Shown piece after piece: positions 29,313 to 40,464 of a stretch of DNA of 64,000 nucleotides. The stretch covers positions 160,001 to 224,000 of the forward strand of contig CAVXPZ010000003.1 of assembly GCA_963763775.1 (NCBI GenBank). The letters are read 5' to 3'. Below the pieces are notes generated by a model. It was not told the DNA's origin, did not search any database, and saw only the letters and a list, made by a program, of their open reading frames with translations. The stretch's first letter is position 1, and each line of letters opens with the position of its first letter. This DNA comes from an uncultured Chloroflexia bacterium. Its GTDB lineage: Bacteria; Chloroflexota; Limnocylindria; Limnocylindrales; CSP1-4. The translations under genes were made by a program, and so were the position numbers.

Positions 29313-30145
29313 TCACGCGTGGACGCCGGCACGCTCCAGCGAGGGCGTGAGCCCGACCGCGTCGGCAGCGGCATAGCCGTCCGAGAGCGCCCAGGCGAAA
29401 TGGTGCGGCAGATGCGCGTCGGACCCGATCGTGATCCGGTCGCCGCCGAGCTCGCGATAGCGGGCGACGGTGGCCGCGGACGGATACGTCTCGCCGGACG
29501 CCTGCCGGAGCCCGCTGGTGTTGATCTCCAACGCGGTGCCGCTGTCGATCAGCGCCCGCAGGGCCGGTTCGATCAGCTCGGGGGCGCCCGCCAGGTCGGC
29601 GGCCGTGATGTGCGGCGCGAGATACCGCTTCACGAAATCGATATGGCCGATGGCGTCGAACAGGCCGGACCGGGCGGCGGCCTCCACCTCGTCGTACCAG
29701 GGCGCGACGATCTCCGGCAGCGACTTCCCGGCGATCCAGGCCTCGACGCGTCCGGCGAGATACGGCAAATCCGCGCCGACATGGGCGGACCCGATCACGA
29801 AGTCGTAGGCGTGCTGGCGGAGGTGATGCCGCACGGCCTCCTCCCATGCTCGCTCGTAGGTGAGCTCCACGCCGAAGCGGATGGCCAGCCCGAGGGGCTC
29901 CCACCGATGCGCGGCATCGCGGACGACGCGACGGCGCTCCTCGAACGTGGAGTAGGCGTACGCCGGGGCTCGTGGGTCGAAGTCGACGTGGTCGGTGATG
30001 GCGATCTCGGCGATCCCGAGCTCGACCGCCTGACGGGCGTACGCGTCGATCGGGACGTCGCTGTCCGGCGAGAGGTCGGTGTGGAGGTGCCCGTCGAGTG
30101 GCAGGCTCCGCCCCCGTCGATCCTCGCTTGCGCCGGATCCGGGGT

Positions 30146-30149
<4 letters not shown>
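29313..30149 (-). CDS. PHP-domain phosphatase (histidinol-phosphatase HisJ/HisK family)
   Basis: DGHLHT, ITDHVD, GVE, IGSAH, GHID, LEINTSG, GSDAH. Confidence 0.88.
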
Positions 30150-31372
<1,223 letters not shown>

Positions 31373-31383
31373 CGGTCGGTGCC

Positions 31384-32415
31384 TCAGCCGGTGGTCCAGT
31401 CCATGATGACCTTCCCCGCGTCGCCCTGGCGCGCCGCGGCGAACGCCGCCTCGAACTCGCGGAATCCGAACCGATGCGTGATCGCCGGCCGGATGTCGAG
31501 CCCGGATTGGAGCATGACGGTCATCTTGTACCAGGTCTCGTACATCTCCCGGCCGTAGATGCCCCGGAGCGTGAGCATCTTCATCACGACCTCGTTGATG
31601 TCGAGGCTGATCTCCTCGGTCGGCAGGCCGAGGATCGCGATCGCGCCGCCGTGGGCCATGCTCCCGATCGCCGCGCGAAGCGCGGCGGCATTGCCGGACA
31701 TCTCGAGCGCGACGTCGAAGCCCTCCACCATGTCGAGGCCGTCGAAGACGTCGCGGAGGGCCCGCTCGCGTGGGTCGATCGCCACCGTGGCGCCCATCCG
31801 GATCGCCAGCTCGCGGCGGAACGGGTTGGGCTCGCTGACCACGATGTGCCGGGCGCCGGCGTGGCGGACGACCGCCGTCGCCATCAGGCCGATCGGCCCG
31901 GCGCCGGAGATCAGGACATCCTCGCCGAGGACCGGGAACGCGAGGGCCGTGTGGACCGCGTTGCCGAACGGGTCGAAGATCGCCGCGATCTCCTCGTCGA
32001 CGCCGGGCCAGTGGTGCCAGATGTTCGTCATCGGGAGGGCCACGTACTCGGCGAACGCCCCGGCACGCCCGACGCCCAGCCCGATCGTGTTGGCACACAG
32101 GTGGCGTCGGCCGGCCAGGCAGTGGCGGCAGCGACCGCACACGACGTGGCCCTCGCCGCTCACGAGATCGCCGGGGCCGAAGTCGGCGACGTTGCTGCCG
32201 ACCTCGACGATCTCCCCGACGAACTCATGGCCGACCACGAGCGGGGGGTGGATCGACCGGGCGGCCCACGGGTCCCACAATTCGATGTGCAGGTCCGTGC
32301 CGCAGATGCCGGTCTTGTGGACGCGGATCAGGACGTCGTTGATGCCGACCGTCGGCGTCGGGACGTCCCGGAGCACGAGGCCGGGGCCGGGTTCGGGCTT
32401 GACGAGCGCGAGCAT
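31384..32415 (-). CDS. tdh: L-threonine 3-dehydrogenase
   Basis: GICGTDLH, GHEFVG, SGEGHVVCGRCRHC, DPFGNAVHT, GIYGREMYETWYKM. Confidence 0.95.
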   Translation of the reverse strand: MLALVKPEPGPGLVLRDVPTPTVGINDVLIRVHKTGICGTDLHIELWDPWAARSIHPPLVVGHEFVGEIVEVGSNVADFGPGDLVSGEGHVVCGRCRHCLAGRRHLCANTIGLGVGRAGAFAEYVALPMTNIWHHWPGVDEEIAAIFDPFGNAVHTALAFPVLGEDVLISGAGPIGLMATAVVRHAGARHIVVSEPNPFRRELAIRMGATVAIDPRERALRDVFDGLDMVEGFDVALEMSGNAAALRAAIGSMAHGGAIAILGLPTEEISLDINEVVMKMLTLRGIYGREMYETWYKMTVMLQSGLDIRPAITHRFGFREFEAAFAAARQGDAGKVIMDWTTG

Positions 32416-32450
32416 CGTCCCCGTAGTGTGACGCTGGCGGGACGCCGCGG

Positions 32451-33359
32451 TCAGGCCTCGGACCAGTCGACGATGGGGTTCTCCACGGTCCCGATGCCGT
32501 CGACCTCGCAGCGGACCCGGTCCCCCGGCTCGAGGAAGACCGGCGGGTCGCGGAAGACCCCCACCCCCGACGGCGTCCCGGTCGCGATGATGTCACCGGG
32601 CTCGAGCGTGATGACCGTGCTGATGTGCGCGATGAGCTCGGCGACCGGGAAGATCATGTCCGAGGTGGTGCTGTCCTGCATGGGGACCTCGGAGCCGTGG
32701 TCCGGCCGGCCGGGACCGGGGATCAGCCAGGACCGGAGCCCGACACCGGCCACCGGGTCGAGCTCGTCCGCCGTCACGAAGACCGGGCCCATGGGCAGGA
32801 ACGTGTCGGACCCCTTGGCCCGGAGCCACTGGCCGTCGCCCTTCTCACCCTCGCGCAGGGCCTGCAGGTTGCCCTGCCAGTCGCGCGCGCTGATGTCGTT
32901 GACCACGACGTAGCCCGCGACGTGCGCCATGGCCTGCGCGACCGGGACACGGTGAGCCGTTCGCCCGATCACGACGCCCAGCTCGACTTCGAGATCGATG
33001 GCATGGGTCCCCTCCGGTCGGACGACGGCCGCCCCGTCACCGATCACGGTGTTCGCGAACTTCGCGAACAGGAGCGGCCGGTCCGGTGCCCCGCGCCCAC
33101 CTTCGGCCGCATGGGCTCGATAGTTCAGGCCGACGCAGACGATCTTCCCCGGCCGGATCGGTGCCGCGGCCCGGAGCGACGCGCGATCCTGCCGCTCTTC
33201 GATCGTCGCGACCTCGCTCGCGAACCGAGCCGGGTCCGCGAGTGATCCCTCCTCGATCAACTCGCGCAGGCCGATGCCCAGCGGCTTCACGGTGTCCTCG
33301 TCCTCGAGCGCGCCGACGACCGACCGGTCATCGGGATCGAGGAACGCGAACAGGCGCAT
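32451..33359 (-). CDS. Fumarylacetoacetate hydrolase family protein
   Basis: KIVCVGLNY, DLEVELGVVIG, NDISARD, KGSDTF, LEPGDIIATGTPSGVG. Confidence 0.92.
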   Translation of the reverse strand: MRLFAFLDPDDRSVVGALEDEDTVKPLGIGLRELIEEGSLADPARFASEVATIEERQDRASLRAAAPIRPGKIVCVGLNYRAHAAEGGRGAPDRPLLFAKFANTVIGDGAAVVRPEGTHAIDLEVELGVVIGRTAHRVPVAQAMAHVAGYVVVNDISARDWQGNLQALREGEKGDGQWLRAKGSDTFLPMGPVFVTADELDPVAGVGLRSWLIPGPGRPDHGSEVPMQDSTTSDMIFPVAELIAHISTVITLEPGDIIATGTPSGVGVFRDPPVFLEPGDRVRCEVDGIGTVENPIVDWSEA

Positions 33360-33371
33360 CGGGCGGCCGAC

Positions 33372-34385
33372 TCAGCTCGGGCTGGGGCTCGGGGCGGCGG
33401 ACGCCGCCGGCGTGGCGCTCGGCGCAGCCGACGGCTCGACGGACGTGCTCGGGGACGGGCTGCCGCTCGGCTCGCTCGAGGCCCCGGCGCTCGGCGTCGG
33501 GCTCGGCGCCGCGCACAGCGGCTCGGGGTTCGTCTGCTCCGCCCAGACCTGGTAGAAGTCCAGGATCGCCTTGGTGTCGAGCGTGTCGAGCGGCAGGACG
33601 CGGTCCCACACCATCGCGGCGAACGGCGTAGCCATCTGGTCGAACCGCGCGATCACCGGCCCCTGGATGGTCCCGGGCTGGATGCCGCAGACGGGGCTGT
33701 TCGGGAAGGCGTCGTAGAACGCGCGCAGCGCCGTCTGGCCCTCCGTCGTGGCGCCCGGGCTGTCTCCCCGGTAGAGAAGGACCAGCGCCCCGTGTTCGAG
33801 GTTGTGGACCCACCCCTCGGGGATGGCGACGTCGCTCGGCCCGTACAGGCGCGGCGCGATCGGCCCCTGGCCGGAGGCGTTGTAGTGGTTGCCGGACGCC
33901 GGCGGGCAGTACGTGTACTTGACGGGATCGCCCACGGTCACGTGCTTGCGCCCCATGTCGTCCTGGAGGTAGCCGGGCTGCGGGCTGGATCCGGCCGGCG
34001 GGGTCGGCGTCGGCGTCGGGACCCACTCCGTGGAGCACGCGAACGCGGGCGCGGACGCCTGCAGGAAGATCACCCCGCCGACGAGGCCGATCCCGAGGAC
34101 CGCCACGACGCCGATGATCAGGCCGCGGTGGCGCTCGACGAAGGACTGCCGGCCCTGATAGGTGACCCGCTGGCGCTCTCGTCGGCCGGCGCGGGCGGTG
34201 CCGCTCGGGCTCGTGCTCGCCCGGGGCGCCGTGGACGCGGACGCGGCCCCGACCGTGCCGGTGGCGCCGGACGGGGCGGGGGTCGCGGTCGGACCGGTCG
34301 ATCCGGTCGCGCTGGTGGATCCGCTGGTGCCGGCAGCGCCGGGCTGTCGAGCCAGCCGCTGCTGCCGTCTGGAAGCCTTGCTCAC
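33372..34385 (-). CDS. DUF3105-like membrane-anchored protein
   Basis: One TM helix, then PPASGNHY and WVHNLEHGALVLLY, and a Pro/Ser-rich tail. Confidence 0.82.
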   Translation of the reverse strand: MSKASRRQQRLARQPGAAGTSGSTSATGSTGPTATPAPSGATGTVGAASASTAPRASTSPSGTARAGRRERQRVTYQGRQSFVERHRGLIIGVVAVLGIGLVGGVIFLQASAPAFACSTEWVPTPTPTPPAGSSPQPGYLQDDMGRKHVTVGDPVKYTYCPPASGNHYNASGQGPIAPRLYGPSDVAIPEGWVHNLEHGALVLLYRGDSPGATTEGQTALRAFYDAFPNSPVCGIQPGTIQGPVIARFDQMATPFAAMVWDRVLPLDTLDTKAILDFYQVWAEQTNPEPLCAAPSPTPSAGASSEPSGSPSPSTSVEPSAAPSATPAASAAPSPSPS

Positions 34386-34463
34386 GTGGGTCGATGCCTC
34401 AGGTCTGGGTGGTTGGTCGTGGTGCAGGTCGCGTGGATGGTCGGTGGAGGGTACCGGGAAGCA

Positions 34464-34835
34464 TCAAGTCTCGCTCAGATACGTCCGGACCTCGGGCCGC
34501 AGCAGGCCGCGGAACAGCAGCAGGCAGAGGGCCGCGACGAAGACCGCCTCCACGAGGAGCTGGCTCAGCGCGAGGAGGGGGATGAGCGGGATCGTCAGGC
34601 TCGCGAGTCCCAGCGCCAAGCCACGGGCGGCCTGCTTGCGCTGGAGGACCAGCGTCATCGTGAAGATCGTGTACGCCAGGAGGACCATGACGACGACGCC
34701 GAGCGGACTGACCGGCGCGGCGATGGCCTGGTCGACCACGAAACGCAGGCTCAGTCCGATCCCCGCGAGGATCAGGAAGCCGTAGGCGAGGAAGAGTCGG
34801 ATGCCGCCCGGCATCGCTCGGATCTGCTGCCACAT
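34464..34835 (-). CDS. Small membrane protein (about 4 TM)
   Basis: Hydrophobic ORF MWQQIRAMPGGIRLFLAY...RPEVRTYLSET with host-like codons. Minus-strand TACGAT upstream. Confidence 0.7.
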   Translation of the reverse strand: MWQQIRAMPGGIRLFLAYGFLILAGIGLSLRFVVDQAIAAPVSPLGVVVMVLLAYTIFTMTLVLQRKQAARGLALGLASLTIPLIPLLALSQLLVEAVFVAALCLLLFRGLLRPEVRTYLSET

Positions 34836-34919
34836 GGGGTGCGCATCGTACCCCGAGCCTCCGGCGTGACGGCTCCGGCGGGGCGCGACGCGCTCGGGCC
34901 GCCGGCGCGACGGCGACCC

Positions 34920-34965
34920 TTGACACTGCTGCGACGCCCCTCCTATCGTCGCTTGAACCGGTTTA
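34920..34965 (+). promoter_or_regulatory. Sigma-70 promoter with a LacI-type operator upstream of the GH13 gene
   Basis: TTGACA (34920) -18 nt- TATCGT (34944), followed by the near-palindrome TGAACCGGTTTA (34954-34965). Confidence 0.65.
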
Positions 34966-35013
34966 GTCGGGATGCGAGCGGAGGCGGACGCGCGTGGGAC
35001 AGCGGGCGGATCG

Positions 35014-36519
35014 GTGACCATCGACACGCCGCCCTGGGTCCGCGACGCGGTCTTCTACCAGATCTTCCCCGACCGGTTCGCGACCAGCGAGCGGGTGGTG
35101 AAGCCGCGGCCGCTGGAGGCGTGGGACGCGCCGCCGACCAGCCTGGGCTTCAAGGGCGGTGACCTGCTCGGGATCACCGAGCACCTGCCGTACCTCCAGG
35201 ACCTGGGGGTCACCGCGCTCTACCTGACGCCGGTCTTCCAGTCGGCCTCGAACCACCGCTACCAGACGTACGACTACTTCACGGTCGACCCGCTGCTGGG
35301 CGGGAACGCCGCGCTGCGCGAGCTGGTGGACGAGGTGCACGCACGAGGGATGCGGATCGTCCTCGACGGGGTCTTCAACCACACGGGTCGCGGGTTCTGG
35401 CCGTTCCATCACGTCCTCGAGACCGGCGCCGCGTCGCCGTACCGATCCTGGTTCCGGTTCGACGAGGCCGCACTCGCGGCCGGGCACATGCCGAACGCCT
35501 ATGCACCACCGGGCACCCCGTCCGACGGTGCCGGCTACGACGCGTGGTGGGGGATCCCGGCCCTCCCGAAGCTCAACGTCGGCGAGCCCGCTGTCCGCGA
35601 GTACCTGATGACGGTCGCAGAGCACTGGCTGCGGTTCGGCGTCGACGGCTGGCGACTGGACGTCCCCGAGGAGATCCACGTCGAGGGGTTCTGGGAGGAG
35701 TTCCGCCAGCGCTGCCGCGCGGTCCGCCCGGATGCCTACCTCGTCGGGGAGGTCTGGCACGTCGCCCCGGAGTGGCTCAGGGGCGACCGCTTCGACGCCC
35801 TGATGGACTACCCGTTGGCGATGGCGATCCTGGGCCTCGCCGGCGGGTCCCGGCTGGATCTGGCCGTGATCCGGGACCACCACATGTACGCCGTCGACCT
35901 GGTCGGCCTCGGCGGCCCGGCGTTCGCCGAGCGGATCGAGGACCTGCTGGACGCCTACGAGCCGGAGGTCGTCGCCTCGCAGCTCAACCTGCTCGGATCG
36001 CACGACACGCCCAGGATGCGGACCGTCCTCGGCGACGACCTGACGGGCGTCCGGCTGGCCACGTTGCTCCAGGCGACCCTGCCCGGTGCGCCGTGCATCT
36101 ATTACGGCGACGAGATCGGCCTGTCGGGCGGCAACGACCCCGACTGCCGTCGCGCGTTCCCATGGGAGGAAGACCGCTGGGACCGTGACCTGCGTGCGTA
36201 CGTCCGGGGCCTGCTCCACCTTCGGGCCGCCGAACCGGCGCTGCGGTCCGATGCGGTCGTCGTGGTCGGCGCGACGGGTGGGGCCGTCGCCTACGGTCGG
36301 GGCGATGGCGACGCCCGGCTCGTCGTCGCGCTCAACGCCGCCGATGAGGCCACCACCCTCGAGCTCGTCCTCGCCGACGTGCCGGACGGCCGGCGACTCG
36401 ATCCGATCGAGCTCGACGGCGCCGACGTGACGGCAAGCCGGTCCACCGCCGAAGTCCGGGACGGTCGCGCCCGGATCGACCTCGGACCGCGGAGCGCGTC
36501 GATCCTCCGCTTGCGCTGA
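35014..36519 (+). CDS. GH13 alpha-amylase family (neopullulanase/cyclomaltodextrinase-like)
   Basis: FYQIFPDRF, GGDLLGI, DGVFNH, GWRLDV, GEVW, LGSHD, IYYGDEIG. Confidence 0.92.
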   Translation: MTIDTPPWVRDAVFYQIFPDRFATSERVVKPRPLEAWDAPPTSLGFKGGDLLGITEHLPYLQDLGVTALYLTPVFQSASNHRYQTYDYFTVDPLLGGNAALRELVDEVHARGMRIVLDGVFNHTGRGFWPFHHVLETGAASPYRSWFRFDEAALAAGHMPNAYAPPGTPSDGAGYDAWWGIPALPKLNVGEPAVREYLMTVAEHWLRFGVDGWRLDVPEEIHVEGFWEEFRQRCRAVRPDAYLVGEVWHVAPEWLRGDRFDALMDYPLAMAILGLAGGSRLDLAVIRDHHMYAVDLVGLGGPAFAERIEDLLDAYEPEVVASQLNLLGSHDTPRMRTVLGDDLTGVRLATLLQATLPGAPCIYYGDEIGLSGGNDPDCRRAFPWEEDRWDRDLRAYVRGLLHLRAAEPALRSDAVVVVGATGGAVAYGRGDGDARLVVALNAADEATTLELVLADVPDGRRLDPIELDGADVTASRSTAEVRDGRARIDLGPRSASILRLR

Positions 36520-36544
36520 CGCCGACCCTATACTCCGCGCTTCG

Positions 36545-37135
36545 ATGGCCGACCTCCCGCTGGAGCTGGACGCCGCCCTGGGGGGACGGCTGGCGCGCGC
36601 CCTCGACGTGGAGGGCAAGATCGCGCGGGCCTTCGAATCGCTCGGGCCCGTCGCCGATCGGGATGTGCTGCTCGTCGACGGGGCGGCGGACGGGATCCGG
36701 GCACGGCAGCTGGCCTCACTCGGCGGCCGGGTCGCGGTCGGGTCGCTCCGGGCGGCTGCCGCGAGCTCGGCCGACGTCATCGTCGGCTGTTGGACGGCGT
36801 TCCGCGGCCCCGAGCCGGGCGACCTCGACGACGCTGCGCGGATCCTGCGTCCCGGCGGCCGACTCCTGGTACTCCACGACTACGGGCGCGACGACATCGC
36901 GCCGTTGCGCGGCGACCTCCCCGAATACGGGCGATGGAGCCGGCGCGACGGCCCGTATCTGCGAGGCGGCTTCAAGGTCCGGGTCATCCACTGCTTCTGG
37001 ACCTTCGACTCGATCGAGGACGCGACCGCGTTCCTCGAGGCGGCGTTCGGGGAACCTGGTCGGGTCGTGGGCACCGCCATGACGCGGCCTCGACTCGCCT
37101 ACAACGTGGCCGTCTATCACCGCACCTTCGGGTAG
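36545..37135 (+). CDS. Class I SAM-dependent methyltransferase-like protein
   Basis: SADVIV...ARILRPGGRLLV. The SAM motif I is degenerate (LVDGAADG). Confidence 0.6.
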   Translation: MADLPLELDAALGGRLARALDVEGKIARAFESLGPVADRDVLLVDGAADGIRARQLASLGGRVAVGSLRAAAASSADVIVGCWTAFRGPEPGDLDDAARILRPGGRLLVLHDYGRDDIAPLRGDLPEYGRWSRRDGPYLRGGFKVRVIHCFWTFDSIEDATAFLEAAFGEPGRVVGTAMTRPRLAYNVAVYHRTFG

Positions 37136-37144
37136 GCTTGGGCG

Positions 37145-37492
37145 GTGACCGCCTCGCGACAGGCCCGGCCGGAGCCGGGAGCCTCGCCATCACGCGCCCG
37201 CCGGATCTCGCCCGGAGTCGTGATCCTGGCGCTCGCCCTCATCGGGTCCGTGGCGTACGTCCTGTTCGCGGTCACGGTGCGCGACCCGTCGCAGATCCCG
37301 CTGCTCACGTCGGGGGCGGTGGTCCTGGGCATCGTCTTCGCCGCGCTCGCGCTCTACTGCGCCCGCGGGACGTGGCGGGCGGGCGTCCAGGCGCGCAACG
37401 GCCGGGCGATCCTGCTGGGCCTGTGCGGCGGCATCTCGGCGATGATCGCGGCCGGTTGTTTCGCGGGCGCCGCGGTCCTCTTCCTGACCTGA
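37145..37492 (+). CDS. Small membrane protein (3 TM)
   Basis: Three hydrophobic segments. TAGGCT lies 6 nt before the GTG. Confidence 0.7.
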   Translation: MTASRQARPEPGASPSRARRISPGVVILALALIGSVAYVLFAVTVRDPSQIPLLTSGAVVLGIVFAALALYCARGTWRAGVQARNGRAILLGLCGGISAMIAAGCFAGAAVLFLT

Positions 37493-37584
37493 CCCACGGA
37501 CGGCCCGTGTCCTGTGCGAGCAGGTCCCGGGACCGGCCCCGCTGACCCCCTCTGCTAGACTCGGCGCGGCCCGGCGCCGCGCGT

Positions 37585-37661
37585 GCCCCCATCGTCTAGA
37601 GGCCTAGGACGCCACCCTTTCAAGGTGGAGATCAGGGGTTCGAATCCCCTTGGGGGTACCA
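37585..37661 (+). tRNA. tRNA-Glu (anticodon TTC)
   Basis: Acceptor GCCCCCA/TGGGGGT, D-arm CGTCTAGAGGCCTAGGACG, anticodon arm CCACC-CTTTCAA-GGTGG, T-loop GGTTCGAATCC, encoded CCA. Confidence 0.96.
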
Positions 37662-37722
37662 CACGATCCCTCGGCTTCGCCGAGCGGCGCCCGTCGTCCC
37701 GCCCCTGCTACCATCGGCGGCG

Positions 37723-38088
37723 ATGGAGATCATGGGCGTCCAGATCCGGACGATCGTCAAGGACAACGTCTCGATCCGCTGCGACGGCTGCCTCGAGGTC
37801 ATCGACGGCACGCCGTGGCGCATCAACCTCCTCGACATCGTCGCGGCCGAGACGCCCGTATCGTGGGCCGAGCGGCCCGTCGTGAACCCCGGGCCGTTCC
37901 AGTTCCACGGGGACCCGAGCCACGTGCGCCACTGGATGGCGGAGAAGGGCTACCTCTTCTGTCGGCGTGGGGAGGTCCGCGAGATCATGCGACCGGTCCC
38001 GATCCCCGCTGCGAACGAGTCGGACGCCGTCCGATGGGGTCTGTGCGACGGCATCCACCGAGACGACCACGAGTTCGTCCAGGCGTAG
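37723..38088 (+). CDS. Hypothetical Cys/His-containing protein
   Basis: CDGC...H...C...CDGIH, host-like codon usage, TACCAT 8 nt upstream. Confidence 0.75.
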   Translation: MEIMGVQIRTIVKDNVSIRCDGCLEVIDGTPWRINLLDIVAAETPVSWAERPVVNPGPFQFHGDPSHVRHWMAEKGYLFCRRGEVREIMRPVPIPAANESDAVRWGLCDGIHRDDHEFVQA

Positions 38089-38500
38089 GGTCGCGCTCCT
38101 CCTGGCCACAGCGACGACCGCGATGGTCGCCGGGTGCGGCACGTTCGGCGGCGGGTTGGTCGCGAGCCCGACCACCGACACCCCCGAGGAGCACATGCCG
38201 TCGCCGGCCGGCCTGCACGTCAGTGGGCAACCCGCGGTCGCGTCCCGCCAGATCCGTATCCAGCTCCTGACCGGCGATCCGGGCTGGAGCCGTGAGGCCG
38301 CGTTCGATGCCGGCGACACCATCGCCGCGGACTTCGCGGTGTCTGACGGCGACTACCGGCTGGTGTCCGACCTGCCCCAGTGCTCGAGCGTCATCACGCT
38401 CTGGCCGGCCACCGAAACCGACGTCGTGATGCGCGTCGCCGACGCGGGCGCCTGCACCTTCGACGTCGTTCGGACGCACTCGCTGGACGAGCCGCACTGA
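37967..38500 (+). CDS. Putative lipoprotein (start uncertain)
   Basis: RRRVALLLATATTAMVAG-C lipobox-like segment. No convincing start codon immediately before it. Confidence 0.45.
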   Translation: MGRSARSCDRSRSPLRTSRTPSDGVCATASTETTTSSSRRRVALLLATATTAMVAGCGTFGGGLVASPTTDTPEEHMPSPAGLHVSGQPAVASRQIRIQLLTGDPGWSREAAFDAGDTIAADFAVSDGDYRLVSDLPQCSSVITLWPATETDVVMRVADAGACTFDVVRTHSLDEPH

Positions 38501-38514
38501 GTCATCGACGGCGT

Positions 38515-38593
38515 TTGACAGGCTCGTTCCGGCACGCCTACCATCCGGCGGCTCACACGGCGATCATGATACCGAGATTTCCGTAGATTTCCG
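38515..38593 (+). promoter_or_regulatory. Sigma-70 promoter plus tandem direct repeat AGATTTCCG x2
   Basis: TTGACA (38515) -18 nt- TACCAT (38539). AGATTTCCG at 38575 and 38585 (10-bp period). Confidence 0.6.
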
Positions 38594-38631
38594 CGTCGAC
38601 GAGGCGGTCGCCGACGACCTTGCAGGGAACG

Positions 38632-39330
38632 ATGACGGCCACCACCCAGACCCGGTCGACCCGCGACGCCACCCCGCCCGACGGTCCGTGGCTGGCCCTC
38701 GGCCCCGCGAGCCGACTCCTCGGCGTCGACCCCGACACACTCCGTCGCTGGGCGGACGACGGGCGGATCCCCGTCTATACGACTCCTGGCGGGCACCGGC
38801 GCTTCGAACGACGAGCACTGGAACGCCTCGCCACGGACCGGCGACCTGGCCTGGGACGACGCGGCGTCCGTCGACCGGCGGCGCCCCTCGCGAGCCTCGG
38901 CGCGACCCCGGAACGGCTGCAGCGAGTCTATCGGCGCAGCTATGCCACACCCGAGCCGAATGCCACCGACGCGGTCGATGCCGCCGACCGGGCGGCCTAC
39001 CGCCATGACGGGCGAGGCCTGGTCACGGCCCTCGTCGCGTATCTCGATGCCGACCCCACGGACGAGGCGCGGCGCGGCGCCACCGAGGCGGACGCGATCT
39101 CGCTCGTCGATGACCTCGCCCGTCGCCTCGCGACCTCGGGGACAAGCCTGACCGAGTCCGTCGCGCTCTTCGTCGCGGCTCGCCGGCCGTTCCTCGCGGA
39201 GCTCTCCGGTCTGGGCCGTCGTCGCACGCTGGATCCGGCCCGACTTGGCGCGCTCTACGAGGACGCGTCCGGCCTGCTCGATCGACTCCTCCTGCGCCTC
39301 ATCGCCACCCACCAGGAGGCCCAGACCTAG
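38632..39330 (+). CDS. MerR/BldC-like HTH regulator with a helical C-terminal domain
   Basis: WLALGPASRLLGVDPDTLRRWADDGRIPVYTTPGGHRRF. Confidence 0.82.
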   Translation: MTATTQTRSTRDATPPDGPWLALGPASRLLGVDPDTLRRWADDGRIPVYTTPGGHRRFERRALERLATDRRPGLGRRGVRRPAAPLASLGATPERLQRVYRRSYATPEPNATDAVDAADRAAYRHDGRGLVTALVAYLDADPTDEARRGATEADAISLVDDLARRLATSGTSLTESVALFVAARRPFLAELSGLGRRRTLDPARLGALYEDASGLLDRLLLRLIATHQEAQT

Positions 39331-39331
39331 C

Positions 39332-40441
39332 GTGGACCCGCACATCGTCCTTCCGGCGCTCACCTCGATCATCGCGCTCGTCTTCTCGCTCGCCCTGTTC
39401 GACCAGTGGCGAGAGCGTCGCGGCGCCTTCCAGATCGTCTGGGCCTTCGGGATGCTCTTCTACGGGATCGGCTCCGCGTGCGAGGCCATCGGCGGCGCGA
39501 ACGGGTGGAACGAGACCATCTATCGCGTCTGGTACCTCACCGGCGCCGTCTGGACCGCGGGTTGGCTCGGCCTCGGGACGGCCGTCCTTCTCGGTCGCAC
39601 TCGGTTCGGTTACAGCTTCGCGTTCTGCCTGTTCTTCGCCGGCATGATCACCTTCTTCCTGCGCAACAGTGCCCAGTACCAGGGGGCCGGGACGCTCCCG
39701 CTGCTGTACTTCATCACCGCCGCGATCCTGGGCCTCGCGGTCGGCGTCGAGACCTACTTCCAGAACGACCGCTGGCCGGTGCTGGCGATGGGCGCGGTCA
39801 TCGGCGCGACGGTGCTCTCGATCGTCCTGATGCTCGGGACGACGCTGGCCGCACCGGGCTACGCGCTCGACCCCGCCACCGGGGTCCCGGTCGCGACGCT
39901 CCTGCCGCCCCAGCTGCGCCTGCTCACGCCATTCATGAACATCACCGGCGCCCTGGCCCTGATCCTCGGGGCGATCTTCTCGGCGTACGTCTTCATGCCG
40001 AAACGGCGCGTCCTCCCGTACTCCCTGGACCCGAACCAGCCCGGCGACGAGTTCCTGTTCAACCTCTGCATCGCGCCGATCGCGATCACCGTGAACCTCG
40101 TGGCGTCGCTGCCCGGCGCGATCCGCGCCCTCTTCACGGGCCGCCTCCACAGTCGTGTGCCCGCCACCCTGCTCATCGCCATCGGCGGCATCGTCGCGGG
40201 GACCGGGGACACGCTGAGCCGGTTCGGGATCACCGGGATGTTCCAGTCCGGCAAGTTCATCGGCGTGGTGTTCCTGTTCGCCGGCTTCCTCGTGTCGATC
40301 GACGCGTTCCGCCAGTTCCGGGTCCCGTTCACCTCGATCCGCCTCGGCCGTGTCCGGCACGAGTCCGAGGCCGCCCTGGCCCTGGTCGCCATCAACGAGA
40401 CACCCGACGAGCGACCCGTGGAGGCTGCGAGCGCTCCCTGA
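39332..40441 (+). CDS. Multi-pass membrane protein of unknown function
   Basis: About 10 TM segments, WYLTGAVWTAGWLGLGT motif. Starts 2 nt after the HTH gene stop, with AGGAGG upstream. Confidence 0.75.
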   Translation: MDPHIVLPALTSIIALVFSLALFDQWRERRGAFQIVWAFGMLFYGIGSACEAIGGANGWNETIYRVWYLTGAVWTAGWLGLGTAVLLGRTRFGYSFAFCLFFAGMITFFLRNSAQYQGAGTLPLLYFITAAILGLAVGVETYFQNDRWPVLAMGAVIGATVLSIVLMLGTTLAAPGYALDPATGVPVATLLPPQLRLLTPFMNITGALALILGAIFSAYVFMPKRRVLPYSLDPNQPGDEFLFNLCIAPIAITVNLVASLPGAIRALFTGRLHSRVPATLLIAIGGIVAGTGDTLSRFGITGMFQSGKFIGVVFLFAGFLVSIDAFRQFRVPFTSIRLGRVRHESEAALALVAINETPDERPVEAASAP

Positions 40442-40464
40442 CCGGCCGGCCCTACCATGGCCTG

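Noticed and set aside
29174-29374. 66-aa ORF between the PHP gene and the ECF sigma gene
   Set aside because: It overlaps the PHP gene, has no motif, and probably spans the sigma promoter region.
37585-39330. Genomic island at tRNA-Glu with an excisionase
   Set aside because: No integrase and no duplicated tRNA 3' end were seen, composition is host-like, and the HTH protein looks like a regulator.
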